In this document: positions 8,261 to 16,195 of the stretch, piece by piece
How the letters are laid out: the number at the start of each line of letters is the position of its first letter
Position numbering within the stretch: the first letter of the stretch is position 1
Assembly (NCBI GenBank): GCA_945892985.1
Contig: CAMDDU010000001.1
Location: forward strand, 75,960 to 139,959
From: Bordetella parapertussis
GTDB taxonomy: Bacteria > Pseudomonadota > Gammaproteobacteria > Burkholderiales > SG8-39
Length of the DNA: 64,000 nucleotides
Direction of reading: 5' to 3'
Translations under genes and position numbers: made by a program
The notes under the pieces: model-generated
What the model was told of the DNA's origin: nothing
What the model saw: the letters and a program-made list of their open reading frames with translations, nothing else
The model's database searches: none

Positions 8261-9124
8261 TCATGAATGTGCCAGTTCCGTCGACGCACCTGCGCGAAGC
8301 GCGCGCTCTGGCGCGAGCATGCGAACTCGTTGCTGCAAAAACAGCGCTGCACCACGCACCAGTCCCGCGGCGATGAGCTCTTTCGCCTTGGCGTGCCCCC
8401 GGTCAAGGGCTTGGTCTATTTTCTCCGGCGACAGCGGCCCCACTGCTATCGTCACCAGGCGCGCTCCAAGATCACTGTCATCCTTGATCGAACACGCCGG
8501 TTTGCGCGCGATGACAGCGTCATCGACATTGACCGCGTTGGCGATAATCGTCGCCGCCGCATCCGCGGCGGCGGCGTTGACGGCAAGCACCGTTACGCTG
8601 TCGGCGATGCCAAGGCTAAAACTCCTGCCCCGCCATCCGCTTGTGGCCACGCCGCCGATGCCGGCATTGGCGCCAACCGAGATGTGGCCGGCCATCTTTT
8701 CGAATCCCTGCGCCACACCAACCTTGAATACCTCTCCCGGCCCGAGATGAAGGGCGATGTCGCCGCCATTATTGACGTAGGCCTTTCTAATGTCGCCGTC
8801 CACCAGGGCATCCAACACCTCATCGGACACAGCCCCGGCCACTGCGGCCATCGGCGTGATGAAGACTTCGCGATAAGGCCAGCAGGCCTTAAGCATGCGG
8901 CGCGCCACGGGGCCGCGCACCGGTTGCGCCTGTGCCACGTCGCGTCGCAGCAGCGACAATTCGCCACTCAAGACTTCCAACAGTCGCTGAAACCGCTGCC
9001 AGGCGCGTTCATACGCAAGCCTTACCGCCTCGGCGTCGCCCTGAGCCTCGATAATCAGATCGATGGGGCCGTGCTGAAAATGGGCACGCGCCCCATCGAG
9101 CATCGCGAATAACGGGCCGCTCAT
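8261..9124 (-). CDS. UPF0280 family protein (ApbE-superfamily-like), function unknown
   Basis: 287 aa. The N-terminal HFQHGPIDLIIEA and the overall size recall UPF0280 proteins. There is an ATGA overlap with the upstream 522-aa gene. Assignment is from memory. Confidence 0.6.
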   Translation of the reverse strand: MSGPLFAMLDGARAHFQHGPIDLIIEAQGDAEAVRLAYERAWQRFQRLLEVLSGELSLLRRDVAQAQPVRGPVARRMLKACWPYREVFITPMAAVAGAVSDEVLDALVDGDIRKAYVNNGGDIALHLGPGEVFKVGVAQGFEKMAGHISVGANAGIGGVATSGWRGRSFSLGIADSVTVLAVNAAAADAAATIIANAVNVDDAVIARKPACSIKDDSDLGARLVTIAVGPLSPEKIDQALDRGHAKAKELIAAGLVRGAALFLQQRVRMLAPERALRAGASTELAHS

Positions 9125-10689
9125 GGCTTCACCGGATCATCCGAGACGACATCGGCCGCGACGAGGGGCCACGGGTTCGCCGCATCCCAATCAATGATCT
9201 TGTGTTGCGCCGTCGACAGTACGGCTTCGAGCGACTGCACCCGGTCCATATGGCCGCCAAGCTGCTCGTAATCGGCAAGCTTCATACTGAACTCCACCGG
9301 CGCGACAATGGCCGGCGTTGGCACCCAGCCAAAGGATTGATCGGGCATTTTCATCACATCGGTCATCACCATGATGCCGCCACCGGGCCAGACGTAAGCC
9401 GGCGCGCCACCGCAGGTGACCTGGACCAGTGCATCTTTGATCGAGAGCGTCAGCGCGATGGGGTTTTCTGTCACACCCGCGCGCAGAGATCCTCCCGCCC
9501 CGCCCATGAAGAGCACCGTACAAAGCGCCGGTTCGCAATTCTCGCCGATGCGATCGACGACTTTCTTGATCGCTGCGGGCATGTCAGCCGGCTGCGGTTG
9601 CAGCTTGTCATCAAGAATGAAGTAGGCCCAATCCTCCCCTGTGGTCGACACAAAGAGGATGCGTTCGCCAGGCCATGCCGTCTTCGGATCGATGGCTTTG
9701 ATGATTTTCAGCGGATCGGTAATATCCGTCCCTCCCCAGCCCGCGCCGGGATTAGCGACCTGGAAGTAGCGGCCGGGCGTGGACTTGCGGCCTATGACCT
9801 TGACGCCGCCATCGCGCATGCCGAGGAACTTGCCCGCCTGATGCTCGGACAGCACGCCGGTGATGTGATCGTCCACCACCACCACCTCGTCAACGTGGCC
9901 CTCCCACTGCTTGGCGAAAATGCCAATAGTGGCGGAGCCGCAGCCGACCCGCATGCGCTGTTCCTCCACACCGTTGATGATCGGCGCCCTACCCGCCTGC
10001 ACGACGATCTTTGCCCCGCCTTCGATGTCCAGTTCAACCGCCAGCTTGTTGCCGAGCGCCATCATCACGTCGCAGGTGACGCGGCCTTCTTTTTTGCTTC
10101 CGCCGGTGAGATGGTGAACGCCACCGATAGACAGCATTTGCGAGCCGTACTCGATGGTCGTGACGTGCCCGACTGCCTCACCGTCAACGCGGATGGTCGC
10201 CTGTTCCGGACCAAGATAGCGGTCGGTGTCGATTTTCAGCTTGAAACTGCAGTAACTGAAAATGCCCTCAGTCACCACCGTGACCATATCGACGCCATGA
10301 TGCTTTGACGAAACAATAAACGGTGCCGGCTTGTAGTCCGGATACGTCGTCCCAGAGCCCACGCCGGACACAAACAGCTCTTGCGCATCGCCGCCGGACT
10401 CGGGGTTTGCGAGTACCACCTCCTGGAAAGGCGCGACAGGATTGCCGTTCCAGCCGGCATCGCTGGAAAAGCGCACCAGGCGGGGGTTTTCAGCCGGTCG
10501 TCGCATCAACACCAGCGGATCGACGCGGGTCAGCACGCCCGCCACGTTGGCATAGCGGTCGCAGGCGCCGGAACGTCCGGCTGTGATATTGCAAAGTACC
10601 GGGCAGGCGTTGCAGACAATTTTTCCTGATCCGGCTTCGACGGCATCAGGAATCAGATCCGGAGCCGGATCCGCATGGGTGGTCGCCAT
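9121..10689 (-). CDS. Fe-S protein of the family annotated as 6-hydroxynicotinate reductase (Hnr-like)
   Basis: 522 aa. It has an N-terminal Cys cluster CNACPVLCNITAGRSGACDRY and Gly-rich stretches (VGCGSATIG, MGGAGGS). GAAGGAG lies upstream of the ATG. The family name is recalled from annotations, not verified. Confidence 0.6.
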   Translation of the reverse strand: MATTHADPAPDLIPDAVEAGSGKIVCNACPVLCNITAGRSGACDRYANVAGVLTRVDPLVLMRRPAENPRLVRFSSDAGWNGNPVAPFQEVVLANPESGGDAQELFVSGVGSGTTYPDYKPAPFIVSSKHHGVDMVTVVTEGIFSYCSFKLKIDTDRYLGPEQATIRVDGEAVGHVTTIEYGSQMLSIGGVHHLTGGSKKEGRVTCDVMMALGNKLAVELDIEGGAKIVVQAGRAPIINGVEEQRMRVGCGSATIGIFAKQWEGHVDEVVVVDDHITGVLSEHQAGKFLGMRDGGVKVIGRKSTPGRYFQVANPGAGWGGTDITDPLKIIKAIDPKTAWPGERILFVSTTGEDWAYFILDDKLQPQPADMPAAIKKVVDRIGENCEPALCTVLFMGGAGGSLRAGVTENPIALTLSIKDALVQVTCGGAPAYVWPGGGIMVMTDVMKMPDQSFGWVPTPAIVAPVEFSMKLADYEQLGGHMDRVQSLEAVLSTAQHKIIDWDAANPWPLVAADVVSDDPVKP

Positions 10690-10836
10690 CAGGGCTCCTT
10701 CGTGCCAAAGCTACCATCGCTGTCATCGCTGCAATAGGACTCACCCGTGTTGCCGGGATTCAAACAGGACATTGGCGAGACCATGCGGCCCCCGGAGTGA
10801 GGCCCACGACGGGCGCCGGCGCAATGGCTACCCGGT

Positions 10837-13605
10837 TCACGCTTTTTGATCCCGCAACAGCTTACGCAGACGGTCGGGCGTTGCTGGCGCGTGGCGGACG
10901 ATCACCCCGGTGGCGTGGCGTATGGCGCCGAATATGGCCGGCGCGGTGGCGATCAGCGCCGGTTCGCCCACGCCTTTGGCGCCGTACGGGCCCAGCGGTT
11001 CGGCATCCTCGACCAGGAACACGTCTATTGGCGGGATGTCGCCGATGGTAGGAATAAGGTAATCGTGCAGGTTGTCGGTCTTGCCGGCCTGGTAATCCTC
11101 CATCAGCGCGAAGCCCAGCCCCTGCGCCACGCCGCCGTGGATTTGGCCTTCCACTTGGGTCAGGTTGAGTGCCCGGCCGACATCGTGGGCGGCGCCTATG
11201 CGCAACACCTTTACCGTGCCCAGCTCGATATCGACTTCCACCTCGGCCATTTGCGCGGCAAAGGCATAGGTTGCGTAAGGCACGCCCTGCCCGTCCTTGT
11301 CCAGCGCGATGGTCGGCGGATTAAACGTGCCCTCGCCGGTGAGGACGTTGCCGCGCTCGTCGCAGGACAGCTCGGACAGATTGATGCGATGTTCACCCGC
11401 GCTGTCGCTGGCGATGAGTTCGCCATGTTCCAAGCGAAGTTTGGCGTCGGCTTTGGCCTCCACCAGCGCGAGCATGCGCGCGCGCAACTGCTCGCCGGCA
11501 AGGCGTGATGCGCTGCCCGAAACAAAGGCCTGGCGCGAGGCCGAGGTCTTGCCCGCGTCTGCGGTAAGGTCGGTGTCGCCCATGACAAAATCAATGTCTG
11601 ACATGCGCAGACCCAGCGCGTCGGCCAGCACCTGCAGCAGCGTGGTGTTGGAACCCTGGCCAATGTCGACCGCGCCGTTGTAAAACATGATGCGGCCCTT
11701 GCGCGTCAGGCCGGCGCGAAGTGTCGACGGATTGGCCATGCCGGTATTGCCGCAGCCATACCACATGCAGGCGACACCAACGCCGCGGCGCACTTTGCCG
11801 GCCTTGCCCGCCAGATTGAACGCTTCGCATTCGGCCTGCGCCTTGAGCCAGCGCGGCTTGAGCGCTTTGAGGCATTGGTCCAGGCCGGCGCTGGCCTTGA
11901 GCACCTGGCCGGTGGCCGTGGCCTGGCCGGCGCGAAGGGCATTGATGAGCCGGAACTCCAGCCTGTCGATGCCGGTCTTTTCTGCCAGGTCGTCGAGCAG
12001 GGTTTCATGCGCGATGGTCGATTGCGGCACGCCAAAACCGCGAAACGCCCCGGCGATGGCGTTGTTGGTATAGACGGCGCGCGTCGCTGCCCTGAAGTGC
12101 GGAACGAAATACGGGCCGGAGGCGTGAATCGGCACGCGATTGGCGACGGTAGTGCCCCAGGAGGCATACGCGCCGGTGTTGAAGTCGCCCTCAAAATCGG
12201 CGGCGAGCAGCCGCCCTTTTGCGTCACAGGCAAAACGCACCTGCATGGCGGCCGGATGACGTTTGGTCGTCGAGACCATGGTCTCGGGCCGGGAATACAC
12301 CCCGCGCACCGGACGCTTGAGCTTCCACGCCGCCACCGCCAGCATCGGCTGGATGGCAATGTCGAGCTTGCCGCCGAAGCCGCCGCCCACCGCCGAGGGG
12401 ATGATGTGTACCTGCGTTGCCTGCAGTTTCAGGATGCGCGCGACTTCATCGCGGTCCATATAAGGCGTCTGGGTGCAGGCGAATATGCGTATGCGCTCCA
12501 CGCCCTTCTCGGTGATGCACTCGGCATAACCGGCCTCGGGCTCGATATAGCCGTGTTCCACATGACTGGTGGTGAACCGCCCTTCGGCGACAAAAGCCGC
12601 GGCGGCCAGCGCCTTGGCGGCGTCTCCCTTTACCACGCGACCGTGTATCAGCACGTTGTCGGGATTATTGGCGTGCAAGGGCTCGCGCGTGTCGGCCAGC
12701 GCCTGCTCCGATTCGAGCAGTGGCACTTGTACCTGCCAGGTGACGGGCACCTCCTCGTCGCGAACGCGCAGCAGGGTTTCGTAATCGCCGACCAACGCAC
12801 ACAGCGCTTCGCCGCGAAACCTGACCCGCATATCGCCGAAGACCGGCTGGTCTTTCACATCCGGGAAGGTGCCAAAGCTGTTTTCCGCCACGTCACGCGC
12901 GGTGACAATATCCACCAGGCCCGGGTATTTGGCCAACAGCGGCTTGAAATCGCCAAAGGAAAATGTCGCCCGCGCGTGCGGCGAACGCACCGCGCGCAGC
13001 CACAGCGAACCTGCTGGCGCCTTGTCCGCGCCGTACAGTTCGGCGCCGGTCAATTTGGCCATGCCATCGGTCTTGGGCGCGCGGCTGCCGACCGCCTCGC
13101 CCGCCGCCGGCTCATCCACAGCGAGATCGCCCATGGCCACCGCCAGCACCGCTTCGATGATCTTGCGATAGCCGGTGCAGCGGCACAGCACGCCACCCAG
13201 CGCATCCTGCACCGCCTGCTCGTCCGGGTTGGCGTTGCGTGCCAGCAGGTCGGTTGCGGCCATCAGCATGCCCGGCGTGCAAATGCCGCATTGCGCCGCG
13301 CCATGCTTGTGAAAAGCCTGCTGCAGGGCATTGAGCTTGCCGTCGGCCCCGGCAAGGCCTTCCACAGTGGTGACCGAGCGCCCGGCGCACTGGCCCAGGC
13401 CGACGATGCAGGAACACACCTGCTGCCCGTCCAGCAGTACGGTGCAGGCGCCGCAGTCGCCGGCGTGGCAGCCGATTTTGGTTCCGGTAAGGCCCAACTC
13501 GTCACGCAATACGTCGGACAGGCGACTTGCCGGATGCGCCTGCGCTGTGACCGGTTTGCCGTTGACTCGCAGTTCGGTGGACATGTTTTGCGCCGGCTTG
13601 TTCAT
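10837..13605 (-). CDS. Xanthine dehydrogenase/aldehyde oxidase family hydroxylase: N-terminal 2x[2Fe-2S] (CoxS-like) domain fused to the molybdopterin-binding (CoxL-like) subunit
   Basis: 922 aa from ATG 13605, which makes an ATGA overlap with the FAD-subunit stop. Motifs CHAGDCGACTV and CGICTPG...CRCTGY mark the two 2Fe-2S clusters. A long MoCo domain follows (GGGFGGK, GQG motifs). The track ORF extension to 14196 lies inside the FAD gene and I rejected it. Confidence 0.88.
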   Translation of the reverse strand: MNKPAQNMSTELRVNGKPVTAQAHPASRLSDVLRDELGLTGTKIGCHAGDCGACTVLLDGQQVCSCIVGLGQCAGRSVTTVEGLAGADGKLNALQQAFHKHGAAQCGICTPGMLMAATDLLARNANPDEQAVQDALGGVLCRCTGYRKIIEAVLAVAMGDLAVDEPAAGEAVGSRAPKTDGMAKLTGAELYGADKAPAGSLWLRAVRSPHARATFSFGDFKPLLAKYPGLVDIVTARDVAENSFGTFPDVKDQPVFGDMRVRFRGEALCALVGDYETLLRVRDEEVPVTWQVQVPLLESEQALADTREPLHANNPDNVLIHGRVVKGDAAKALAAAAFVAEGRFTTSHVEHGYIEPEAGYAECITEKGVERIRIFACTQTPYMDRDEVARILKLQATQVHIIPSAVGGGFGGKLDIAIQPMLAVAAWKLKRPVRGVYSRPETMVSTTKRHPAAMQVRFACDAKGRLLAADFEGDFNTGAYASWGTTVANRVPIHASGPYFVPHFRAATRAVYTNNAIAGAFRGFGVPQSTIAHETLLDDLAEKTGIDRLEFRLINALRAGQATATGQVLKASAGLDQCLKALKPRWLKAQAECEAFNLAGKAGKVRRGVGVACMWYGCGNTGMANPSTLRAGLTRKGRIMFYNGAVDIGQGSNTTLLQVLADALGLRMSDIDFVMGDTDLTADAGKTSASRQAFVSGSASRLAGEQLRARMLALVEAKADAKLRLEHGELIASDSAGEHRINLSELSCDERGNVLTGEGTFNPPTIALDKDGQGVPYATYAFAAQMAEVEVDIELGTVKVLRIGAAHDVGRALNLTQVEGQIHGGVAQGLGFALMEDYQAGKTDNLHDYLIPTIGDIPPIDVFLVEDAEPLGPYGAKGVGEPALIATAPAIFGAIRHATGVIVRHAPATPDRLRKLLRDQKA

Positions 13606-14444
13606 GCCGCGATCCTCGCCAGCGCGCGCTTGAGCAGGGTCTGCACCACATCCAGGCGGTATTCGGCCGTACCGCGTACATCGGCAATCGGGCTGAGCGG
13701 CTGCAAATCGGCTGCCGTGACCAGATCGGCCAAGGATGGTGTGAGGCGTTTGCCGGTGAGTTTTTGCTCCAGCCCCGGCAGGCGTTGCGCCACCGCGGAA
13801 CAGGCGCCCACGGCGATGCCGCAACGCGTGATGAGACCGTTCGCATCGACGGCGATGACAGTGGACACCATGGCAATGGATATCACCAGGTATTTGCGCG
13901 AGCCGAGCTTGAAAAAATCGGCACGCGTTCCGGCCGGCCACTTGGGCACGCGCAGACCGGTCACCAGTTCGTCCGGCTTGCGCGCTGTCTTGCGATTGGC
14001 GAGCAAGAACGCCGCCAGCGGCAGGCTGCGCAGGCCTTGCGGGCCGGCCAGTTGCACGTCGGCATTGAGCGCCAGCAGGGCCGGGACGCCGTCGGCCGCA
14101 GGCGAGGCGTTGCAGATATTGCCGGCAAGCGTGCCGGTATTCTGTATTTGCACACCGCCGACCTCGCGCGCCGCCAGTTTCAGGCCGGCAAAGCACTCGG
14201 GCAAGGCCGCCTGAATGAGTTCGCTCCAGGTCACCAGCGCACCAATGTGCCAGTAGTCTGCGTCCGCCACCTCGCGAATTCCGCGCAGGTCGTCAATGCG
14301 GCTGATATCAAGCACATCCTCTTCTATCAAGCGCCCCACCCGCGCCGGATAGAAGTCGGTGCCACCGGCAAGCACCACATAGGGCTTGGACGACAAAGCG
14401 GAAAAAGCTTCGGTCAGACGGGTCGGGCGCAGGTATTGGCTCAT
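13602..14444 (-). CDS. FAD-binding subunit of the molybdenum hydroxylase (CoxM/XdhB-like)
   Basis: 280 aa. VLAGGTDFYP and TLAGNICNASPAADG are classic FAD-binding molybdopterin-dehydrogenase motifs. Confidence 0.88.
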   Translation of the reverse strand: MSQYLRPTRLTEAFSALSSKPYVVLAGGTDFYPARVGRLIEEDVLDISRIDDLRGIREVADADYWHIGALVTWSELIQAALPECFAGLKLAAREVGGVQIQNTGTLAGNICNASPAADGVPALLALNADVQLAGPQGLRSLPLAAFLLANRKTARKPDELVTGLRVPKWPAGTRADFFKLGSRKYLVISIAMVSTVIAVDANGLITRCGIAVGACSAVAQRLPGLEQKLTGKRLTPSLADLVTAADLQPLSPIADVRGTAEYRLDVVQTLLKRALARIAA

Positions 14445-14680
14445 TCTGGTATTCCAAGGATGGGGTCATGTTTTAAGTAAACGCTTCAAACCGGGCTCTA
14501 CTGTAGCCCAGCCTTGAAGCTATTTCAACGGCTTATCGCATCCTTCTCGGCTGCCCTTGCGCGCCAGCCCGGACACCGGTGCGTCTGCGGCCGATACAGC
14601 CGGAGGGCGGATTGCAGGCACTAGGAAAATACTTTAAGCTTGAAGCAATTGCCGGGCGAGCATCGTCGGGCACCCGGCCC

Positions 14681-14697
14681 TGGCATCGCGGATGCCA
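14681..14697 (+). promoter_or_regulatory. Palindromic TGGCATCGCGGATGCCA element; weak sigma54 -24/-12-like pattern or operator
   Basis: The GG and GC are spaced as in TGGCAC-N5-TTGC, but the -12 element is ATGC. It is a perfect 7-nt-arm palindrome 38 nt upstream of the OYE-gene ATG. Confidence 0.3.
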
Positions 14698-14734
14698 GCC
14701 TGGAACCGCAACGCTCAGGATCACCCGCGCAAGC

Positions 14735-16195
14735 ATGTGGAAGCCGCCGCAGCGAATCAAGTTTCATCCCAACCCAGGCCGGGTGCCCTCGGCAGAGGAA
14801 GCTGGCGCATCGCGACTCTTCAGCACCGCGCGCATCGGCGCGCTCGAACTGGAGCAACGCACCTGGGTCCCGGCGATGGTGCCGTGGCGCTCTAACGAAG
14901 ACGGTGTTGTCACCGCAGATGTGCTGCAATGGTACGAGCGCTTTGCGCGTGGACGCCCCGGGGCGATAGTCATCGAAGCAACGGGCATACGCGACATCCC
15001 CAGCGGGCCGCTGCTGCGCATCAGTCACGACCGCTACATCGCCGGCCTGCGCGAACTGGTTGAGACGATACGCCGCGCCAGCGCAGGGCATACGCGGGTC
15101 TTCATCCAGATCATCGATTTCCTCAGCATCCGCCGCCGTCCCGAAGCGGAAAAATTCTTCCAGCGGTTTTTGCGGATAAGCGAGCGCCATCGTGCACGCC
15201 TGAACGCCGTCGACTGGCCCGAACAGGCGATCCGTGACCATCTCGCAGCCCTTCCGGAAGCCGATTTGGAAAGCATACTGGACGCGCGCGAATGGGAAGC
15301 GCTGCAATTCGGCGCGCGCGAACGCGTGACCGACATGGCCTTGCCGCACATCCGGGCCTTACCGCAAACCCTTCCCGCCCTGTTTTCTGACGCCGCAAGG
15401 CGTGCCCAAGGGGCCGGATTCGACGGTGTGGAACTGCATTACGCCCACGCCTACACCATGGCGTCCTTCCTCTCGGCGATCAACAATCGCGCCGACGGCT
15501 ACGGTGGCAGCCGCGAGAACCGTGTGCGGCTTCCGCTCGAGGTCTACCAGGCGGTCAGGCAGGCCGTCGGCCCCGATTACGTCGTCGGCTGCCGTTACCT
15601 CGCCGAAGAATGCATTGAAGGCGGCAACACCGTCGAGGACGCAAGCTGGTTCGGTGTCGAATTTGCCCGGGCCGGCATGGATTTTATTTCCACCTCGCGT
15701 GGCGGCAAATTCGATGACGCAAAACAGCCGGGTGTCGGCTCATCGGCCTATCCCTACACCGGACCCAGCGGTTATGAGTGCATGCCGCAATATTTGTCAG
15801 ATGAATTCGGCCCGTTCGGCCGCAATATCGCGCCAACGGCGGCGATACGCCGCGCCATCCGCGACGCCGGCCTGCCAACCCCTGTGGTGTGTACCGGAGG
15901 CGTGCATAATTTCGACATGGCGGAGGCGATGCTGGAGCGCAATGACTGCGACATTGTCGGCACGGCAAGACAAAGTCTCGCCGACCCGGACTGGACGCTG
16001 AAAACGCTGCTCGGACTGGGTCATGAGGTGCGCTTGTGCGAGTACACCAATTATTGCGAAGGCCTCGACCAGAAGCACAAGCAGGTTACCTGCCAGCTGT
16101 GGGACCGCCAGCAGACAGATGAACCGGGTATCCGCCTGAGCAGTGACGGCAAACGCCGCCTGACCGCCCCGCCCTGGACGCCGCCGGCGGGTTGA
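14735..16195 (+). CDS. Old Yellow Enzyme family NADH:flavin oxidoreductase (FMN TIM barrel only)
   Basis: LFSTARIGALELEQRTWVPAMV, AIVIEATG, GFDGVELHYAHAYTMASFLS and the RADGYGGSRENRVR motif are OYE-like. I chose ATG 14735. The longer track ORF from 14579 begins in the divergent intergenic region. The start is uncertain. Confidence 0.82.
   Translation: MWKPPQRIKFHPNPGRVPSAEEAGASRLFSTARIGALELEQRTWVPAMVPWRSNEDGVVTADVLQWYERFARGRPGAIVIEATGIRDIPSGPLLRISHDRYIAGLRELVETIRRASAGHTRVFIQIIDFLSIRRRPEAEKFFQRFLRISERHRARLNAVDWPEQAIRDHLAALPEADLESILDAREWEALQFGARERVTDMALPHIRALPQTLPALFSDAARRAQGAGFDGVELHYAHAYTMASFLSAINNRADGYGGSRENRVRLPLEVYQAVRQAVGPDYVVGCRYLAEECIEGGNTVEDASWFGVEFARAGMDFISTSRGGKFDDAKQPGVGSSAYPYTGPSGYECMPQYLSDEFGPFGRNIAPTAAIRRAIRDAGLPTPVVCTGGVHNFDMAEAMLERNDCDIVGTARQSLADPDWTLKTLLGLGHEVRLCEYTNYCEGLDQKHKQVTCQLWDRQQTDEPGIRLSSDGKRRLTAPPWTPPAG

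Noticed and set aside
13606-14196. N-terminal extension of the Mo-hydroxylase ORF (the track gives 1119 aa from 14196)
   Set aside because: The extension lies entirely inside the FAD-subunit gene in another frame and is Arg/Gly/Ala-rich junk typical of GC-rich shadow frames. The recognisable 2Fe-2S domain starts right after ATG 13605, which makes an ATGA overlap with the FAD gene stop.
11875-14214. 779-aa plus-strand ORF
   Set aside because: It is antisense to the hydroxylase and FAD genes. It has low-complexity Arg/Gly/Ala/His composition and no recognisable motif, so it is a shadow ORF of a GC-rich coding region.
13602-14444. Whether the Mo enzyme is a 4-hydroxybenzoyl-CoA-reductase-type enzyme, given the neighbouring aryl-CoA ligase and ferredoxin
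   Set aside because: The FAD subunit is only 280 aa. It shows no Cys-rich insertion of the kind that carries the extra [4Fe-4S] cluster in the HcrB subunit. I therefore do not call it that, and the substrate remains open.
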